Shown here: positions 61,701 through 64,000 of the stretch, in pieces
Position numbering within the stretch: position 1 is the stretch's first letter
How the letters are laid out: the number at the start of each line of letters is the position of its first letter
Origin: an uncultured delta proteobacterium
GTDB lineage: Bacteria; Desulfobacterota; Desulfuromonadia; Geobacterales; Pseudopelobacteraceae
Length of the DNA stretch: 64,000 nucleotides
Assembly (NCBI GenBank): GCA_963772835.1
Contig: CAVYYZ010000008.1
Coordinates: forward strand, 128,001-192,000
Direction: 5' to 3'
Notes under the pieces: generated by a model
Seen by the model: only the letters and a program-made list of their open reading frames with translations
Database searches by the model: none
What the model was told of the DNA's origin: nothing
Made by a program: the position numbers and the translations under genes

Positions 61701-64000
61701 GAGCCAAGCATCTGGGTAACAGGAGTAAAGGATTTGCTCAGGGTCGTACCGACCACCGTCAGAGTGCTTGAGAGGGCATTTGCGGTCAGTCCGCCGGCCA
61801 GACCTGTTATATTGCCTACGTTGGTGTTCGTGTAGCTGCCGGCCGCTGCAGATGTTACATCGACCTTGATGGTGCAGTTGGCCGTTCCGGCAGTGAGTGC
61901 ACCCCCTGCGAGGGTTATGACGCTGCTACCGGCCATGGCTGTCACCGCACCTCCACATGCACCGACGAGACCGTTGGGAGCTGAGATGACCACTCCTGCG
62001 GGGAGGGTATCCGTAAAAGCCATCCCGCTCTGTACCGGGTTACCGGTTGAATTGGCGATGGTGAAGGTCAGGGCCGAGGTGCCGTTAAACCCGATAGTGG
62101 CAGGTGCGAAAACCTTGGTCAAGGTCGGATGGTCGTTAACTGTCAGGGTTGAGTTGACGCTGTTGGTCATACCGGGCGATGTGCCGGTGACGTTGGCGGC
62201 AACGTTGTTGTAGGTGCCGGCCGTATTGCTGGTGACATCAACCGTGACGGTGCAGGTCGCCTGAGCCAGCGCCATGCCGCCGTTGGCGAGGACGATGGCA
62301 TTGCTCCCTGACCCGGCTGTAACCGTTCCGCCGACACAGGTAGTTGAAGCATTAGCCGGGCTCGCCACCATCACGTTGGCCGGTAGTGTCTCGGTAAAGG
62401 CCAGTCCGGTCTGAACCGGGTTGCCGGCACCGTTAGTGATAGTGAAGGTCGCGGTTGACGACAATCCGGTTAGAACGATGGCCGGAGCAAAGGCCTTGGT
62501 CAGGGTCGAGCCCCGGACGGTCAGGGAGGCAGATGCGTTGGTTCCAACTGCCGGAGTCTGTTGGGTGGTGACTCCGCTGACCGTATTGGCATTAGTCGCG
62601 ACGTTAGTGCTGGTCACCAGCAGCGTGACCGTACAGCTGCCGTTCGCCGGCAGTGTCATCCCGGTCAGTGTGATCAGGCCGGTCTGGGTGTCGGTGAAGC
62701 TGTTGCTTGCGGCGCCGCTGCAGGTGCCGCCGGCAACCTGGTCACCGGAAATGCTCATGTTGGTGAGCGTGTCGGTGATGGTGGCGTTGGAGAGAGCGGT
62801 TGAGTTGGATACGTTATTCAGCGTAAATGTGAGGGTTGAACTGCTGCCGGCACCGATCACATTCGGTGCAAAGGCCTTGGCGATGGTCGGCGATTTCAGG
62901 GCCAGCACCGAGGCAGAGCTGCCGGTAGTGTTGGTAAAACCGGCGGCGCTGGTGATCAGATAATCCGCCGTATTGGTGTAGGTGCCACCAGTGGTGATAG
63001 ACGGGATCGTTGACGGGCAGGTCACGGTGCAGACAGCACCGGCATTAACCCGCAACCCCGAGTTTGCATTTTGAAAGTTGATTTGCGCAGTGCTGTTCAA
63101 CGTGTTGACAACCGTTGCACCGACGCCGGTTGTGCCGTTGGATATGCAGCCGTTAGCGGGTACCGAGGCGGTAATTGTGCAGGAATTCGCGGCGCTTAGA
63201 AGAAGCATGCGTGACCCGCCGGCAAGAGCCATTACATCAGAGGTATTAAAACGGACTCTGGTAGCATCGGTGCCGGCCGAAAGGTTAGAGATGGTGAAAA
63301 TCATGTCCAGGTTTGCGTTGGCCGGTCCGGCCTGTACCTGGGACTGGCTGAATGACTTGGTATAGATCAGGCGGTTGGTGCCGGCCGCGACAACTGTCAG
63401 GCTGCCGGACGCGGCGGCATTGCTGCCGGCTGTGGTCTGCAGAGTACCCGCTGCTATCGTGTTGGTTGGTGTTCCGACGGTGCTGCTGGTTACATCTACG
63501 ATTACCGTGCAGCCGCCGGCCGGGATCGAGGTGCCGTTGGCGATGGTGAAACTGCCGGCTCCGGCTGTGGCGGTGACGGCGGTGCAACTTCCGCTGTTAC
63601 CGGCAGTGTTGATGGTCATACCGGCCGGAAAGGTGTCGGTAAAGAGAGCGGTGAGAAATATGGCGGCAGTGTTGGGGTTACTGATGTTCACGGTCAAAGT
63701 CGAGTTCGCCCCGCTGGCGATAGTGGTTGGTGAGAAGACCTTGGCGATTGTCGGCGGCGCCAGCACGGTGAGGGTGGCCGAGGCGTTCGGCCCGGAGGTC
63801 GGCACCTGGGTGGTGGTAACGCCGGAGACGGTATTGACGTAGCTGCCCGAAGCGGCAGCGGTTACATCGACCATGACGGTACAGCTGCCGCTGGCAGGAA
63901 TGTTAATGCTGGCGATGATACCCCTGGGGGTGGCGCCACTATTGGGACTGTCGTCTAAAGCCGTGGTGGCTTTAGCATTCGGTATCGCACCGGTGCAGGT
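58769..64000 (-). CDS. Giant Thr/Gly/Ala/Asn-rich repeat surface protein (DUF11-like Ig repeats), 5' end outside window
   Basis: Frame stays open to the window edge (TCTGAIPN...GSCTV precedes the tracked Met); 13 complete ~120-165-aa repeats starting xTxxKxF/P, most with FTDT, CTI/VTV and YTN motifs. Confidence 0.88.
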   Translation of the reverse strand, partial: TCTGAIPNAKATTALDDSPNSGATPRGIIASINIPASGSCTVMVDVTAAASGSYVNTVSGVTTTQVPTSGPNASATLTVLAPPTIAKVFSPTTIASGANSTLTVNISNPNTAAIFLTALFTDTFPAGMTINTAGNSGSCTAVTATAGAGSFTIANGTSIPAGGCTVIVDVTSSTVGTPTNTIAAGTLQTTAGSNAAASGSLTVVAAGTNRLIYTKSFSQSQVQAGPANANLDMIFTISNLSAGTDATRVRFNTSDVMALAGGSRMLLLSAANSCTITASVPANGCISNGTTGVGATVVNTLNSTAQINFQNANSGLRVNAGAVCTVTCPSTIPSITTGGTYTNTADYLITSAAGFTNTTGSSASVLALKSPTIAKAFAPNVIGAGSSSTLTFTLNNVSNSTALSNATITDTLTNMSISGDQVAGGTCSGAASNSFTDTQTGLITLTGMTLPANGSCTVTLLVTSTNVATNANTVSGVTTQQTPAVGTNASASLTVRGSTLTKAFAPAIVLTGLSSTATFTITNGAGNPVQTGLAFTETLPANVMVASPANASTTCVGGTVTAGSGSNAIVLANGGMALAQATCTVTVDVTSNTAGTYNNVAANVTGTSPGMTNSVNSTLTVNDHPTLTKVFAPATIGFNGTSALTFTIANSTGNPVQSGMAFTDTLPAGVVISAPNGLVGACGGAVTAMAGSSVITLAGGALTAGTANCTIKVDVTSAAAGSYTNTNVGNITGLAGGLTANALSSTLTVVGTTLSKSFTPVTQMLGSNSQLTLTVTNGVGNPAQSGLAFTDTLPAGLLVSTPNGLVNGCGGVVTATAGSNSITLAGGTLAAAAANCTITVNTIAAAAGSYTNNAARISGASSNLDASTVSAAVSYLSQAGIGKAFAPNIISSDAPSTITFALSNANSITLTGATFTDTLTGMAINSNQTAGGTCGGVAGNSFTLGQTGLLTFNALSIPPGGCTVTVVVSSDVPGTYNNTTSGVTTTQTTVGTVSNTAQLTVTAAAPTIAKAFGPATINQGSTSTITFTLNNTNGINLTSSGFSDTMTNMAVSGAQSAGGSCTGAGGNSFANGQTNLTFSGLTIPINGNCTISVVVTSNVIGTQTNQTSGVSSSQASTGPASNSANLIVQALPSLTKAFSTGIIGVGQTATLTFTVTNPAGALVRSGLTFTDTFPANLKIAGTPAVVNGCGGTPTITVTAGAGTFTVAGTGVNAAAGASTCTISVNVTSNVALAGYVNGAAQITAISGMLNGVTNQTLNVYSAPTITKSFASANVAQGSSVNMSFLISNANSNPVSGIAFTDTLPAGLTATNGTTNPCGGSLVITGGNLLTFSAGTVAASPATCTITVPVTGTTTGAKNNTTGVVSSTQSGNGAVSNTATVNIYAPPTVTKTFTPAGISIGGTSSMVITVTNPGGNVGNLTGVSISDTYGGTLKNNAGGGVVCSGAGSATLTGGVNLGTTVGFSAGTIVPGGTCTITQSVTATATVNNSTTAPTSTGPAALTGTLAGPITLTVNVMPTIVKTFTPATVDVYTTSTMTFTLSNSNGNALTSSNFTDTLTGFKVAAPATIGGTCVGVTNSPAIAAGATSLNLTIPSLPSGGCTITIPVSASSAGSYTNTTSGITTADTGATVGSPSNTATLTVTLLALQVTKTPSVFTATPGTIINYIIGYGNPNASTWFQNVVITDPVPVYTSFQSAVCGPFPPGITSCTITAPAVGGTGTVTWTLGGTLDAGSSGTVTLTVKVD

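Noticed and set aside
59013..63842. Many Val/Pro/Ala-rich + strand ORFs
   Set aside because: Antisense shadows of the Thr/Gly-rich repeat protein

Overview
This 64-kb window looks like Geobacteraceae/Desulfuromonadales chromosome (inferred from gene set and protein style). Most of it is housekeeping or metabolic: the end of a nuoJKLMN operon, prmC, hpt, pfkA, a stand-alone MerA-like reductase, aconitase, glpK, lexA, an AhbD-like radical SAM enzyme, a PpiD/SurA-like chaperone, purC, a Lon-like protease, ligA, cobB, a solute symporter pair, trmB, a GspG-like pseudopilin and a 5'-truncated giant DUF11-like repeat surface protein. The main accessory element is a ~13.6-kb island (25903-39520) bounded by tRNA-Phe(GAA) and a degenerate copy of its 3' end, with no recognisable integrase. 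It carries defence-type cargo: two orphan antitoxin-like genes and an McrB/McrC-like pair flanked by two paralogous effector-ATPase-wHTH genes (Schlafen/AlbA-like and DUF4062-like). It also holds a SEC-C protein, a helical hypothetical protein and a metallophosphoesterase. Short N-terminal stubs of lost genes (HEPN-like, Vsr) sit at the gene junctions. An unusual array of regularly spaced hexamer triplets follows the DUF4062 gene, with a related inverted block 2.4 kb away. All family calls come from motif recognition by eye; no database searches were run.
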